Shown here in pieces: positions 18,366 to 29,016 of a stretch of DNA of 64,000 nucleotides (the stretch's first letter is position 1; every line of letters starts with the position of its first letter). Where the stretch lies: positions 22,850-86,849 of the forward strand of contig JBEKDF010000009.1 of the NCBI GenBank assembly GCA_050014495.1. The letters are read 5' to 3'. Both the position numbers and the translations under genes were made by a program. A model generated the notes under the pieces. The model made no database searches, had not been told where the DNA came from, and was given only the letters and a program-made list of their open reading frames with translations. Origin of the DNA: Candidatus Bathyarchaeia archaeon. GTDB lineage: Archaea; Thermoproteota; Bathyarchaeia; TCS64.

Positions 18366-18785
18366 ATGTCTTCGGAAAAACAGGGGTTCATTATCCACCC
18401 CTCCCCTGATAACAAGGTTTTTCGAGACCGGATTAAGGAGCTGAGCGGAGAAAAGGTCGAACTCTGCTTCCAATGCGGTGCCTGTAGCTCGGGATGTCCA
18501 TTGACCCAGGAGATGGATTACCTCCCCAGCAAGGTGATTAGGCTGGTGCAGCTTGGCCTCGATGAAGCGCTGGACTCTAAGACCATATGGGTCTGCACGA
18601 GCTGCTTCAACTGCGAGGTCAGGTGTCCCCGCGGCATAGACATCGCCAACGTAATGGAGTCGCTCCGCCAACTAGTACTGAGGAAAAAGTACGATCGTGT
18701 GACCCTCGACCAGCTAAGTGACGAGCAATTGAAGGAGCTGCCCCAGGTCGCAATCATCAGTAGTCTGAGGAAACTAACTGCGTGA
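18366..18785 (+). CDS. hdrC: HdrC-like 2x[4Fe-4S] protein
   Basis: CFQCGACSSGCP and CTSCFNCEVRCP. Confidence 0.9.
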   Translation: MSSEKQGFIIHPSPDNKVFRDRIKELSGEKVELCFQCGACSSGCPLTQEMDYLPSKVIRLVQLGLDEALDSKTIWVCTSCFNCEVRCPRGIDIANVMESLRQLVLRKKYDRVTLDQLSDEQLKELPQVAIISSLRKLTA

Positions 18786-18792
18786 TCAAGTC

Positions 18793-19686
18793 ATGAATGT
18801 TGCATACTATCCGGGCTGCACGTTGAAGACAACAGCTAAGGAGTTTGACATAAGTACGAGGGCCTCAGCCAAAGCGCTGGGCATTAACCTCGTGGAGCTC
18901 CCACGCTGGAACTGCTGCGGTACCGTCCATGCCCTCGCGAAGGATGACGTTATGCACCACCTAGCGCCTCTGAGAAATCTCCTCCGGGTTGAGGAGGCTC
19001 AACAGAGCGGCATAGTTGACGAAAAACGTGTCATTGCCCTGTGCGCGATGTGCTACAACACATTGAAGCGGAGCAACCAGGCCTTTAACGCCGATTCGGA
19101 CAAAGCAGGGAAGGTCAAGGAGAGCATGAATAACGAGGCGAACGTCTACAGCGGACAGGTCGAGGTGGAGCACTTACTTGAGTTCCTTCGCACATATGGT
19201 TGGGACAAGGTACAGTCCCACGTCTCCAAGCCTCTGAACGGGTTGAAGGTTGCCCCATATTATGGATGCCTACTCTTAAGACCCCGAGGCATAGGAATAG
19301 ACGACGCAGACAACCCACGTGTCTTCGAGGATCTGCTAAAGGCACTAGGAGCAGAAGTAATAGATTTTGGCTATAAACAGAAGTGCTGCGGCAGCTACCA
19401 CACCGTCCACATGGTAGATGTGGTAGCAGATCTCAGTAACAGGATTCTGACGCAGGCTCAGTCTGCTGGCGCGGATCTTGTCGCCACAGCATGCCCACTA
19501 TGCGAGTTCAACCTCGGCAACAGGCAGACTGAGGTAGCCAAGAAGTATTCTAAGTTCCAAGGTATTCCAATTGTTTATTTTACCCAGCTGATGGCTCTCG
19601 CCTTCGGCCTCGGGGAGGATGATACGGCGCTCGGGATGAATAAGCCCGACCCGAGGCCTTTGCTCAGGGAGAAAGGGTTGATTTAG
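18793..19686 (+). CDS. hdrB: HdrB-like CCG-domain protein
   Basis: YYPGC, NCCG, CAMC, YYGC, KCCG and ACPLC. Confidence 0.92.
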   Translation: MNVAYYPGCTLKTTAKEFDISTRASAKALGINLVELPRWNCCGTVHALAKDDVMHHLAPLRNLLRVEEAQQSGIVDEKRVIALCAMCYNTLKRSNQAFNADSDKAGKVKESMNNEANVYSGQVEVEHLLEFLRTYGWDKVQSHVSKPLNGLKVAPYYGCLLLRPRGIGIDDADNPRVFEDLLKALGAEVIDFGYKQKCCGSYHTVHMVDVVADLSNRILTQAQSAGADLVATACPLCEFNLGNRQTEVAKKYSKFQGIPIVYFTQLMALAFGLGEDDTALGMNKPDPRPLLREKGLI

Positions 19687-19687
19687 A

Positions 19688-20377
19688 ATGACTGAGAACG
19701 GTAACAAGATGGTCACCATCTATGTGATGGGCAAGAAGCAGAAAGTACCTGCGGACCTAACTATTATGAAGGCTATGGAGTACGCTGGCCACCAGTTTAG
19801 GAGAGGTGCCGGTTGCAGGGGCGGCTTCTGTGGTGCTTGCGCAACTGTATACAGGAAGAAGGGGAGCTACAAGCTCCAGGGAGCTTTAGCCTGCCAGAAG
19901 ATAGTCGAGGATGGGATGATTATAGCCCAAATACCATTCAGCCCACAAGAGAAGGTGACCTATAAGATCAACGAGCTAAAGGCTGAGGCGAACACCTTCC
20001 TCGAATATTACCCCGAGATCGCTAGGTGTCTAGCCTGCAACACGTGCACGAAGGCTTGTCCACAGGATATTATGGTTATGGACTACGTCCAATCAGCTCT
20101 GCGCGGCGACGTCACCCAGGCCGCGAAGCTGAGCTTTGACTGCCTCGGATGCGGACTCTGCGCCATGAGGTGCCCCGCTGAGATCGTTCCCTACAATATT
20201 GGGCAATTAGCACGTCGCCTCGAGTCCAAGTATATCGAGGGACCCACCGAGCACGTCCTCAAGAGGTGCGAGGAGGTGAAAGAGGGTAAGTTCGACGCCG
20301 AGATCGAGGAGATGATGAAGATGGACAAGGCAACACTCTCTAAGAAGTACAATACGAGGGAGATGAAGATCAAATGA
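19688..20377 (+). CDS. Fumarate reductase FeS subunit-like ([2Fe-2S] plus 2x[4Fe-4S])
   Basis: GCRGGFCGAC..LAC, CLACNTCTKACP and CLGCGLCAMRCP. Confidence 0.85.
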   Translation: MTENGNKMVTIYVMGKKQKVPADLTIMKAMEYAGHQFRRGAGCRGGFCGACATVYRKKGSYKLQGALACQKIVEDGMIIAQIPFSPQEKVTYKINELKAEANTFLEYYPEIARCLACNTCTKACPQDIMVMDYVQSALRGDVTQAAKLSFDCLGCGLCAMRCPAEIVPYNIGQLARRLESKYIEGPTEHVLKRCEEVKEGKFDAEIEEMMKMDKATLSKKYNTREMKIK

Positions 20378-22029
20378 GTGGCTACATTTCAGGCTACCCA
20401 GAGTATATGCAGGATTCCATCAGGAAAGTCGCCGAGAAGAGGGGCAGCAACCTCTCGTCACATGGCATCAATGCGATGACAGCTGAGGAGAGGCAATCCA
20501 TCCTCGAGCACTTTCACCCCGACTGGAAGCCCAACATGAAGCGTCCGATAGCCATGGGGCCGAGTAAAGGGATGATGGTCCCCAACGAGGTTGCGGATAT
20601 CCTTGAGGCCCACCCACTCATAAAACCTAGTGACATAGACCTCAACCACATAGACTACGATGTCGAAGTTCTTATCATCGGAGCAGGTGGGGCAGGCTTA
20701 AGCGCTGCGCTACTTGCGCAGGAGAACGGAGTGCCCGTAGACCAGATACTAATGATCCAGAAACTCAGACTGGGAGACGCAAACTCGAAGATGAGCCAGG
20801 GGGGAATCCAGGCAGCCGACTCTTCAATTGACAGCCCCTCGATCCACTACTTGGATGTCATTGGTGGCGGTCACTATGCGAATAAGCCGGACTTAGTTGA
20901 GGCCCTCGTTAAGGATGCCCCCGATGTGATCAAATGGCACGAAGAACTAGGCGTGATGTACGATAAGAATCCCGATGGTTCTTTGCTCGAGATTGCAGGG
21001 GGCGGCACCAGCAGGAGGCGAATGCATAGCTGCAAGGACTACACTGGCTTGGAGATTACCCGTGTACTCGTGGACGAATTCATTAACCGTGGAATAAGCA
21101 ACATCGAATTTACGAGTGCAGTCGACTTCATAATGGATAGTAAGAACCAAGTCGCAGGGGCTGTCTTGTTCGATATGGAGACCGAGGAGTACCGTGTCGC
21201 GAGGGCTAAGTCGACGATTCTAGCAACTGGTGGCTTTGGCAGGTTGCACATCCAGGGTTTCGCGACGACGAATCATTACGGTGCAACGGGCGACGGTATC
21301 GTCATGGCTTACCGCACAGGCGCAATTTTGAGGGATCTTGACTCAACACAGTACCACCCAACAGGCGCTGCTTACCCGGAGCAGATTGTTGGTCAGCTGG
21401 CCACGGAGAAACTCCGTGGTAGAGGCGCTCTCCCCGTCAATAAGAATGGCGAACTATTCGTCTACCACTTGGAACCACGTGATATCGAATCCTCAAGCTA
21501 CATCAGGGAGTGCTACGAGAGGGATAACGGGATAATTACTCCGACAGGGATGCGTGCTGTCTGGCTCGACACACCGATGATCGAGATAGTAACGGGTCCA
21601 GGCACAATCGAGCGCGAGTTCGCCGCTATGTTCCGTAACTTCAAAAAATTCGGCATAGATATCAGAAAGGAGCCTATACTTGTCTTCCCCACTCTTCACT
21701 ACCAGAATGGTGGAGTTGAGATTAATCCCAACACCGAGACCAGTGTCCCCGGACTATTCTGCGCTGGTGAGGTCTGCGGTGGTGTACACGGTAAAAACAG
21801 GCTCATGGGAAACAGTCAACTAGACCTCTATGTCTTCGGACGTAGAGCGGGTAAGGCAGCTGCGGAGCACGCTAAGAATGCTTCCGTGGGCAAGCTCACC
21901 CTCGCTCACTTAGACCGCTATGAAAGGTGGCTCGCGAAGGCTGGTGTCAAAACGGATCGGAAATCCCCGATCCTTCTCCCCGAGTACAGGGGAAAGAAGA
22001 CGCTCGAACATAAATTGAACATACTGTAG
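20374..22029 (+). CDS. Fumarate reductase/succinate dehydrogenase flavoprotein (TfrA-like)
   Basis: GAGGAG, QYHPT, TEKLRG, PRD, LHYQNGG and HGKNRLMGNS; no covalent-FAD His. Confidence 0.9.
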   Translation: MSGYISGYPEYMQDSIRKVAEKRGSNLSSHGINAMTAEERQSILEHFHPDWKPNMKRPIAMGPSKGMMVPNEVADILEAHPLIKPSDIDLNHIDYDVEVLIIGAGGAGLSAALLAQENGVPVDQILMIQKLRLGDANSKMSQGGIQAADSSIDSPSIHYLDVIGGGHYANKPDLVEALVKDAPDVIKWHEELGVMYDKNPDGSLLEIAGGGTSRRRMHSCKDYTGLEITRVLVDEFINRGISNIEFTSAVDFIMDSKNQVAGAVLFDMETEEYRVARAKSTILATGGFGRLHIQGFATTNHYGATGDGIVMAYRTGAILRDLDSTQYHPTGAAYPEQIVGQLATEKLRGRGALPVNKNGELFVYHLEPRDIESSSYIRECYERDNGIITPTGMRAVWLDTPMIEIVTGPGTIEREFAAMFRNFKKFGIDIRKEPILVFPTLHYQNGGVEINPNTETSVPGLFCAGEVCGGVHGKNRLMGNSQLDLYVFGRRAGKAAAEHAKNASVGKLTLAHLDRYERWLAKAGVKTDRKSPILLPEYRGKKTLEHKLNIL

Positions 22030-22037
22030 GGATCTGA

Positions 22038-24398
22038 ATGACTGAAACACCTAGAATCGGCGTCTGGCTCTGCGAGTGTGGTGGGAATATAGGCGACGTA
22101 GTCGAGACTGATCGCGTCGTCGAGGAGCTCAAGTCCGAAGCTGCCTTCGTGAAGAAGGAGAGATACCTCTGCAGTAAACCGAGCGTTGACGCAATCAAGG
22201 AGGCTGTCGAGAAGCAGCACCTGGACAGAGTAGTCCTCGCCTGCTGTACACCTAAGATGCATAGGGAGACATTTCTGAGTAACCTCGCGGAGAAGGGAGT
22301 CAACCCCGCCTTCTTGGAGATGGTAAATGTCCGTGAGCAGTGCAGCTGGGTCCATAAAGAAGACCACGAGGGTGCGACTCTGAAGACTTTAGACCTTATT
22401 AGGGGTGCGGTGGCGCGGGCAAAGGAGTCTGTGGCACTGGAGTCGAAGAGGATGAAGGTTATCCCCGAGGCCCTCGTAATCGGAGGAGGCGTCGCAGGTA
22501 TCACTACAAGCCTTCGCCTCAGCGAGTTCGGCATGAATGTGCATCTCGTTGAGAAACGTCCCAGTATCGGTGGCCACATGATCCAATACCCGAAGGTCTT
22601 CCCGACGCTCGATTGTAGCCAATGCATACTTACACCGAAGATGGCGTCAGTAAGCCAGAGCAGGAACATTGACTTAATCACATATGCTGAAGTTGAGGAG
22701 GTCTCTGGTATCCCCGGTGATTTCAAGGCTAAGATAAGACTCAACCCACGGGGCGTAGATGTATCAAAGTGCATCGGGTGCGGTGCCTGTAGTAGGGTCT
22801 GCCCGACGAAGGTGCCCGCTGAACACGACCAAGACCTTGGCGTCAGGAAGGCGGCATATATACCCTTCCCACAGAGTGTTCCCAGCGTCTATACCATCGA
22901 CTTCGAGCACTGTATCCACTGCGGGGCCTGCGCGAAGGTTTGCCCACGGCAATGTATTGATCTTGACGATACCGGTTCCTCTAAGGAGCTGAAGGTGGGT
23001 GCCATTGTGATGGCAACTGGATTCGAGCTCTACGATCTCTCTGGGCTCATACAGTATGGCTACGGACGTTACCCAAACGTTGTGACTAGCCTCGAGATGG
23101 AGAGGATACTTGACGTCAACGGGCCGACGGGGAGCCAACTCATCGTCCCGAAGACCGGTAGGCAGGTTAAGACCGTGACTTTCGTCCTCTGCGCCGGAAG
23201 TAGAGACACTGAGGTAGGACGCAGTTACTGTAGTAGAGTCTGCTGCCTTTACAGTATGAAGCAGGCCCAGCTCCTGAGAGACCGTGGCGTCGACGTTTGG
23301 ATTCACTATATAGATATCAGGTCACCAGGTCGTCGCTACGAGGAGTTCTACAGGACTACACAGGAGAAGGGCGCGATGTTTGTGAAGGGGAAGGTGGCTG
23401 AGATTGTCCCAGACGGGGAGCAGGTGCTCGTGCGCAGCGAGGACATGATGCTTAATAAGATGCTTGAGTATTCGAGCGACCTTGTTGTCCTGGCTCCACC
23501 GATGGTAACGACCCCTGAGACCCTGAAGCTCGCTGAGATGCTGCGTGTGCCTGTTGATGAGGATCAGTTTGTATTGGAGAGGCATCCGAAGCTCGACCCG
23601 GTGTCCACGAAGAGAGACGGAATCTTCGCGGCAGGCACGGTTGTTGGTCCAAAGGATATCCAGTCAACAACGGCGGAGGCGGAGGGGGCGGCGATGAAGG
23701 TGGTTAACTTCCTCCATGTGGACAGGGTCATCGAACCTAACAAGGTGTTCCTTGCACACCCGGAGCTGTGCGATGGTTGTGCTAAGTGTGTGGGTTCTTG
23801 CCCCGAGTCTGCGATTACCCTCTCAGATGGGAAAGCGTTGGTGAACGAGATAATGTGCACGGGCTGTGGTGCCTGTGTGCCATCTTGTCCTAGGAATGCC
23901 TTGGATCAGCAAGGCTTGAGTGAGACTCAGATCAAGGCTCAGATAAGAGGGGCCCTCGAGGGATCGAAAGCTGAGCTTAAGATACTCACATTCGTCGAGA
24001 AGGAGGTAGCGTACACAGCGGTCGACCTCGCCGGGCTGGCGAGGCTACCCTACCCAAGCAGCATCAGGATCATCCCGATGCCCTCACTTGCGAGGCTGAA
24101 GCTGGAGCACCTACTCCAAGCCTTCGCCTACGGGGCGGATGGGGTGATGCTTCTCGAGGCACCATCTCATGAAGGTCCATATGGTCATGCTCATGTGCTG
24201 GCGGAGGAGAGAGCCGATGAGTACAGGTGGGCACTTGAGGATCATGGCGTGGATAGTAGTAGGATGTGGTTCAGCAGGGTCTATGTTCCCGACTGGAGGA
24301 AGCTAGAGAGGGTCTTCAAGACCTTCAACGACATCATTGCTGGGGAGGGCCCGATAGGAGAAGATGCTAGGAAAAAGCTCCGCGAGGAGCTCCAATAA
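22038..24398 (+). CDS. hdrA: HdrA with a C-terminal degenerate MvhD-like domain
   Basis: CECGGNI, GGGVAG, FPTLDC, YCSRVCC..K and ferredoxin motifs; C-terminal AVDLAGLARLPYPSSIRII lacks the MvhD cysteines. Confidence 0.9.
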   Translation: MTETPRIGVWLCECGGNIGDVVETDRVVEELKSEAAFVKKERYLCSKPSVDAIKEAVEKQHLDRVVLACCTPKMHRETFLSNLAEKGVNPAFLEMVNVREQCSWVHKEDHEGATLKTLDLIRGAVARAKESVALESKRMKVIPEALVIGGGVAGITTSLRLSEFGMNVHLVEKRPSIGGHMIQYPKVFPTLDCSQCILTPKMASVSQSRNIDLITYAEVEEVSGIPGDFKAKIRLNPRGVDVSKCIGCGACSRVCPTKVPAEHDQDLGVRKAAYIPFPQSVPSVYTIDFEHCIHCGACAKVCPRQCIDLDDTGSSKELKVGAIVMATGFELYDLSGLIQYGYGRYPNVVTSLEMERILDVNGPTGSQLIVPKTGRQVKTVTFVLCAGSRDTEVGRSYCSRVCCLYSMKQAQLLRDRGVDVWIHYIDIRSPGRRYEEFYRTTQEKGAMFVKGKVAEIVPDGEQVLVRSEDMMLNKMLEYSSDLVVLAPPMVTTPETLKLAEMLRVPVDEDQFVLERHPKLDPVSTKRDGIFAAGTVVGPKDIQSTTAEAEGAAMKVVNFLHVDRVIEPNKVFLAHPELCDGCAKCVGSCPESAITLSDGKALVNEIMCTGCGACVPSCPRNALDQQGLSETQIKAQIRGALEGSKAELKILTFVEKEVAYTAVDLAGLARLPYPSSIRIIPMPSLARLKLEHLLQAFAYGADGVMLLEAPSHEGPYGHAHVLAEERADEYRWALEDHGVDSSRMWFSRVYVPDWRKLERVFKTFNDIIAGEGPIGEDARKKLREELQ

Positions 24399-24531
24399 CC
24401 CCTCATTCAAGAGTTCTAAACTCTATAATTCAAAATTATACACGTGGAGATGTTTCTTAGGATGTGGAATTAGAAGTCAATTAGCTCGTTGTTTCATTGC
24501 TTTTGAAATGATCGTCGCGCGTACGAACGAC

Positions 24532-25305
24532 TTAGGCGTGGCTTAAGAAGTCCTTTCGCCCACCGTCAACAACTAGAACCTGCCCTGTGACGAAGCTAGA
24601 CTCATCAGAGGCAAGGAAAAGAACCGCATTTGCGATGTCCTGAGGTTCCCCAATACGCCTCATTGCTGCCATTCCCGCCTTTAGCTTCTGCAGCTCCTCT
24701 GTTTTCTCTCTAGTCGAACGACTTGTCATATCTGTGCGCGTCCATCCAGGCGCCACACTGTTCACGTTGATACCGTGGGGGCCGAGATCCTGTGCAGCGA
24801 CCGTCGTCATCGCTATTAGGGCGGCTTTGGCGCAACAATAGGCGAGTTCCCCAACTGGGGCACCTCCGAGCCCTGAGATGCTAGAGATATTAATTATTTT
24901 GCCCGACTTCTGCTCCACCATCATCTTCGATGCTATCTGGGTGCAGTTAAATGGGCCCTTGAAATTTACAGCGATGACTCTATCCCAATCTTCTTCGGAG
25001 GTATCAAGTGTTGTCCCGCCAGTGCCTATTCCTGCGTTATTTACCAGAATATCCACCCTCCCGAACTCGGCCAGGACCTTGTTAAACATTCTCTGAGCCT
25101 CTGTCCTCTTAGATACGTCGGCTTTGACGGCGATAGCTCTCCTCCCCATTGCCTTTATATTTTTAACAACTTCTTTCGCGTCATTTACGGACTTTACATA
25201 GTTCACGACGATGTCCGCCCCCTCTCGGGCGAATGTCTCTGCGATTGCTTTACCTATCCCACGGGAAGCACCCGTGATAACTGCTACCTTTCCATCGAGC
25301 TTCAT
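24532..25305 (-). CDS. Short-chain dehydrogenase/reductase (FabG-like)
   Basis: TGASRGIG, NNAG and YCCAK. Confidence 0.93.
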   Translation of the reverse strand: MKLDGKVAVITGASRGIGKAIAETFAREGADIVVNYVKSVNDAKEVVKNIKAMGRRAIAVKADVSKRTEAQRMFNKVLAEFGRVDILVNNAGIGTGGTTLDTSEEDWDRVIAVNFKGPFNCTQIASKMMVEQKSGKIINISSISGLGGAPVGELAYCCAKAALIAMTTVAAQDLGPHGINVNSVAPGWTRTDMTSRSTREKTEELQKLKAGMAAMRRIGEPQDIANAVLFLASDESSFVTGQVLVVDGGRKDFLSHA

Positions 25306-25346
25306 GGTGCAGACTCGCCACAGTGGGAGATTAAACTTTCCAGAAT

Positions 25347-25826
25347 CTATTGAGTAGCCTTTATCGCGTCTGCAAAAGTCTTTAGTTTCTCTTTATAATC
25401 CCCTATCTCGACTTCCGTCTCCTTTATCTCTAATGTTACAATGGGTGCGCCCGTGATTTTGGCCATATTCTCGAAGGTTGATCCTGGTGAACTCTGGTAA
25501 GTACAGAAGTATGCTACATTGCGGATCTTACTCTTTGCCTGAATCAGGTAGCTTCGTATGGGGCTCGCCATGTTCCAAGCCCAAATAGGCGTACCAATGA
25601 CAACGACATCGTAGTAGGATGGGTCCATTTTTAGCGCTTCTATTACGGGAGTTGCTCCGCTCATCGCCTCCCTCCCCGAGGTCAGCCACCCCATAGGTCC
25701 TGCACGACTCTTTGCTTCAGTAATAGCCTCTATATCAGCGGAAAGCAGAGTACTAAGCTCATCAGCGAGCTTTTTCGTCGTCCCTGTTCGGGAGAAGTAT
25801 GTGATAAGAGTCTTCATGAGATCCAC
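25347..25826 (-). CDS. Flavodoxin-family protein
   Basis: YFSRTGTTKKLA and GTPIWAW. Confidence 0.88.
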   Translation of the reverse strand: MDLMKTLITYFSRTGTTKKLADELSTLLSADIEAITEAKSRAGPMGWLTSGREAMSGATPVIEALKMDPSYYDVVVIGTPIWAWNMASPIRSYLIQAKSKIRNVAYFCTYQSSPGSTFENMAKITGAPIVTLEIKETEVEIGDYKEKLKTFADAIKATQ

Positions 25827-26051
25827 GTTTATGAGCTTAAATAAAAAATCGACTAAACTTCAGGTTAATGAGAGCTGATAAAAAAAGTAGTCATCTACAG
25901 AAGATCCTCTAATGTTGATTCTCCCATATTATTACAGAGATAATTCAGCTATCAACCGCAATGTGGACCCAATGAATGACCAGAATTGTTTGTGACTACA
26001 CCTCAATCTACTCGCGTAAGTGTTATCCTTACAATGTATCCCTATTTACCT

Positions 26052-27392
26052 ATGCCAGTCACAAAGGAAGAGCTTCTCAAGGAAGCCCAGAAGTGGAGTA
26101 AGATCGCTCCACCCTACCATGCCTTCTACCACGGAAAGGTCGAGGTCATGCCCAAATGCGCTATTAGGACCCTACAGGACTTCAGCATCTGGTACACCCC
26201 TGGTGTAGCCCAGGTTTGCAAGGACATAGAGAAGGACAAGGAGCTTGCCTTCGAGGGGACGAGCAAGTGGAACTATGTCGCCGTCGTCAGCGACGGCACA
26301 AGAGTACTCGGACTCGGCGATATCGGCGCCCAGGCCGGAATGCCCGTGATGGAGGGCAAGGCTCTTATCTTCAAGTATCTGGGCGGAGTCGATGCCTTTC
26401 CCATATGCCTTAGCACAAAGGACCCGGAGGAGATAATTCAGGCTGTTAAGTGGATAGAGCCAACCTTCGGCGGGATTAACCTTGAGGATTTCTCGAGCCC
26501 CAAATGCTTCTACATCCTAGAGAGACTCAGGAAGGAGATGCCCATCCCCGTCTGGCACGATGACCAGCAGGGTACCGCAGCGGTGATACTTGCCGCTACC
26601 TATAACGCATTAAAGATGGTGGGTAAGAAACTCAACACCGCGAAGATAAGTATAGTCGGCGTCGGAGCGGCTAATACTCGTACCTACTATGTCCTCAAGT
26701 CAGCGGGGGCAAACCCGAAGAACATCCTCATGGCTGACTCCACTGGTATCCTCAGCCGGACTAGGAAGGACCTTGAGGGCAGCTACAAATGGGAAATTGC
26801 TAAGGAGACCAACCCAGACGGCTTGGAGGGTGGTATTAAGGAGGCCCTCGAAGGAGCCGACATCCTTATCGCTGCTAGTAAGTCTGGCCCAGACGTCATT
26901 AAGAAGGAGGACATAAAGGGAATGGCATCGAACGCCATAGTATTCGCCTGCGCTAACCCCATTCCGGAGATCTGGCCATGGGAGGCTTCGGAGGGTGGTG
27001 CAAAGGTCGTTGCAACAGGGCGCAGCGACTTCCCTAACCAGGTAAACAACAGCCTCGTCTTCCCCGCTATATTCCGCGGAGCACTCGATGTCCGAGCCAA
27101 GACGATAACCGACGAGATGTGCATAGCCTCAGCTACGGCCCTCGCCAAGTTCGCCGAGGATAAGGGACTTACTGAGAAATATATAATTCCCAGCATGGAT
27201 GAGTGGGAGATCTATCCCCTTCAGGCTACCGAGGTAGCGTTGAAGTGCATAGAGCAGGGCCTTGCACGCAAGAAAGCTAGTAGGGCAGAGATTTACGACG
27301 GTGCAGCCGCCATAATCGAAAGGACGCAGAAGATCGTGAAACTACTGATGGCGCAGGGCTTTATTCCTTCTCCGCCCCCTGAGCCTAAGTGA
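26052..27392 (+). CDS. NAD(P)-dependent malic enzyme
   Basis: [36 protein letters not shown] and [12 protein letters not shown]. Confidence 0.94.
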   Translation: MPVTKEELLKEAQKWSKIAPPYHAFYHGKVEVMPKCAIRTLQDFSIWYTPGVAQVCKDIEKDKELAFEGTSKWNYVAVVSDGTRVLGLGDIGAQAGMPVMEGKALIFKYLGGVDAFPICLSTKDPEEIIQAVKWIEPTFGGINLEDFSSPKCFYILERLRKEMPIPVWHDDQQGTAAVILAATYNALKMVGKKLNTAKISIVGVGAANTRTYYVLKSAGANPKNILMADSTGILSRTRKDLEGSYKWEIAKETNPDGLEGGIKEALEGADILIAASKSGPDVIKKEDIKGMASNAIVFACANPIPEIWPWEASEGGAKVVATGRSDFPNQVNNSLVFPAIFRGALDVRAKTITDEMCIASATALAKFAEDKGLTEKYIIPSMDEWEIYPLQATEVALKCIEQGLARKKASRAEIYDGAAAIIERTQKIVKLLMAQGFIPSPPPEPK

Positions 27393-27438
27393 TCCTCATT
27401 TTTTCAAAATAGCGGCATTCACGAAAATAATGGGCTGT

Positions 27439-28332
27439 CTAGATTCTGTTCAGCCTCTTGAGAAGCGGGGTAACATCCACTCTCCTTAAGTCCAGACCTA
27501 ATTCCTCGGGCTTCACACCCATGGAGAGACCGAGGACATCGACAAAGTGTATAACTGGTATACCATATTCCTTTCCCTTCGATTCCTTGAGCTTGATCTG
27601 CCCGACTTCAAGCTGCATCATGCAAAAGGGACACGTCGCCACGATCGCGTCCGCCCCAGACTCTTTCACGTCGTCGAGGATGGTCTCAGCAAGCTTGAGC
27701 CCTGCTTCCTCCGACACCTTCCCGAAGAAGGAGCCACACCCGATGCAGCACGCTGTCTTCTCATGGTAATCTATGCTTGTCGCCCCAGTCGACTCGATAA
27801 GTCTGTCGAGTTTCTGAGGGAACTCCGCGTCGTCGAAGCCTGAATACCTCTGAGGGAGGAAGAGGTGACAACCGTAGAAGGGAGCGGCTCTCAGACCGGT
27901 TAGGGGCTTTACACTAAGTTCCCTCAGCCCATCGGGGCTATAGTCCTTGTAGAGGGACGTAACAACGTGCTCTATCCTTACTTTTCCCTTATACTCTCTC
28001 CCCACTTCCCCCAGTAATTTATTCACATCCTCCTTTATCTCGGGGTTGTGATCTAGAAGGTACTTTGCCCTCGAGAGGTTTCCGAAGCAGCTGGAGCAGA
28101 GGGTCATTAGGGGAAGGTCTTCCTGCTCTGCTATGGCGAGGTTCCTACTGGTGAGTGCCAACCCCCTCTCGTAATCCACGCTGTGGACGAGGCAAGCAGG
28201 CATGCAGCAGTTGAAGTCATCCCTCTGACGAAGATTCACGTCGAGCCTCTTGAAGACCGCCCTCATTGCCATTTCGTAGCCGAGTTCCCTAACCGATGCG
28301 ACGCATCCAGGAAATAGTAGGTACTCTGTCAA
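27439..28332 (-). CDS. hdrB: HdrB-like protein with variant CCG motifs
   Basis: FPGC, NCCMPAC, CSSC, FYGCH, ACCIGCG and TCPFC. Confidence 0.88.
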   Translation of the reverse strand: MTEYLLFPGCVASVRELGYEMAMRAVFKRLDVNLRQRDDFNCCMPACLVHSVDYERGLALTSRNLAIAEQEDLPLMTLCSSCFGNLSRAKYLLDHNPEIKEDVNKLLGEVGREYKGKVRIEHVVTSLYKDYSPDGLRELSVKPLTGLRAAPFYGCHLFLPQRYSGFDDAEFPQKLDRLIESTGATSIDYHEKTACCIGCGSFFGKVSEEAGLKLAETILDDVKESGADAIVATCPFCMMQLEVGQIKLKESKGKEYGIPVIHFVDVLGLSMGVKPEELGLDLRRVDVTPLLKRLNRI

Positions 28333-28811
28333 GCGTCCAATCTCCTGAGAAGATCTTCGCCAAATATCTTCCTCTGCTCTTCTATCGCCTTCGGAGAGAT
28401 CGTAGCCCCTATGGGAGGTAACCCATATTCACCCCTCCACTCGTCGAAGTCGTTCGGAACCGAAACCGACCGCCCTGACCTCATTATCTCACGCATGATC
28501 GCCTTAGGATTCTCGGGTATTCTGCCCTCTTTTGACGCAAGGTTCCTCGTCAGGAGGAATATCTCGGTGGGCTGGATCCCCTGTGGGCACCTCTCAGTAC
28601 ACCGGTAACACCATGCACACAGCCACAGTTCCTCGCTCTTCAGAAGCTCAGGTAGGTTTTGGGAGACCCTCTGAAGGAGCCTCCTTGGGTTATACATCCC
28701 AGGCAGCGCCTTCGCCATGGGGCAACTCCCCGTGCAGCTACCGCAGTCTTGGCAGTAGCTCAGCTTCTTTTCGTCTAAAAGACGAGCGAGCAGATCCTTT
28801 GTATTAACCAT
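28329..28811 (-). CDS. hdrC: HdrC-like protein
   Basis: CQDCGSCTGSCP and CAWCYRCTERCP. Confidence 0.88.
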   Translation of the reverse strand: MVNTKDLLARLLDEKKLSYCQDCGSCTGSCPMAKALPGMYNPRRLLQRVSQNLPELLKSEELWLCAWCYRCTERCPQGIQPTEIFLLTRNLASKEGRIPENPKAIMREIMRSGRSVSVPNDFDEWRGEYGLPPIGATISPKAIEEQRKIFGEDLLRRLDA

Positions 28812-29016
28812 GTTATCCGATCCAGAAACCGGTCTATCTCAATCCAGTAATTACAGTATATTAAATATTTACTTCAAGTGTGGATGGATGCCGTTTACTC
28901 AACTATTAATGAGTTTTCTCTGAGGTTACGGGACCATTAGATATCAATAAAGGGTATATACTGGCGTTAGAAAGGGTAGTGGAATAGCTCCCCTTGAGAA
29001 GCAGCTAGAGGCGTGT

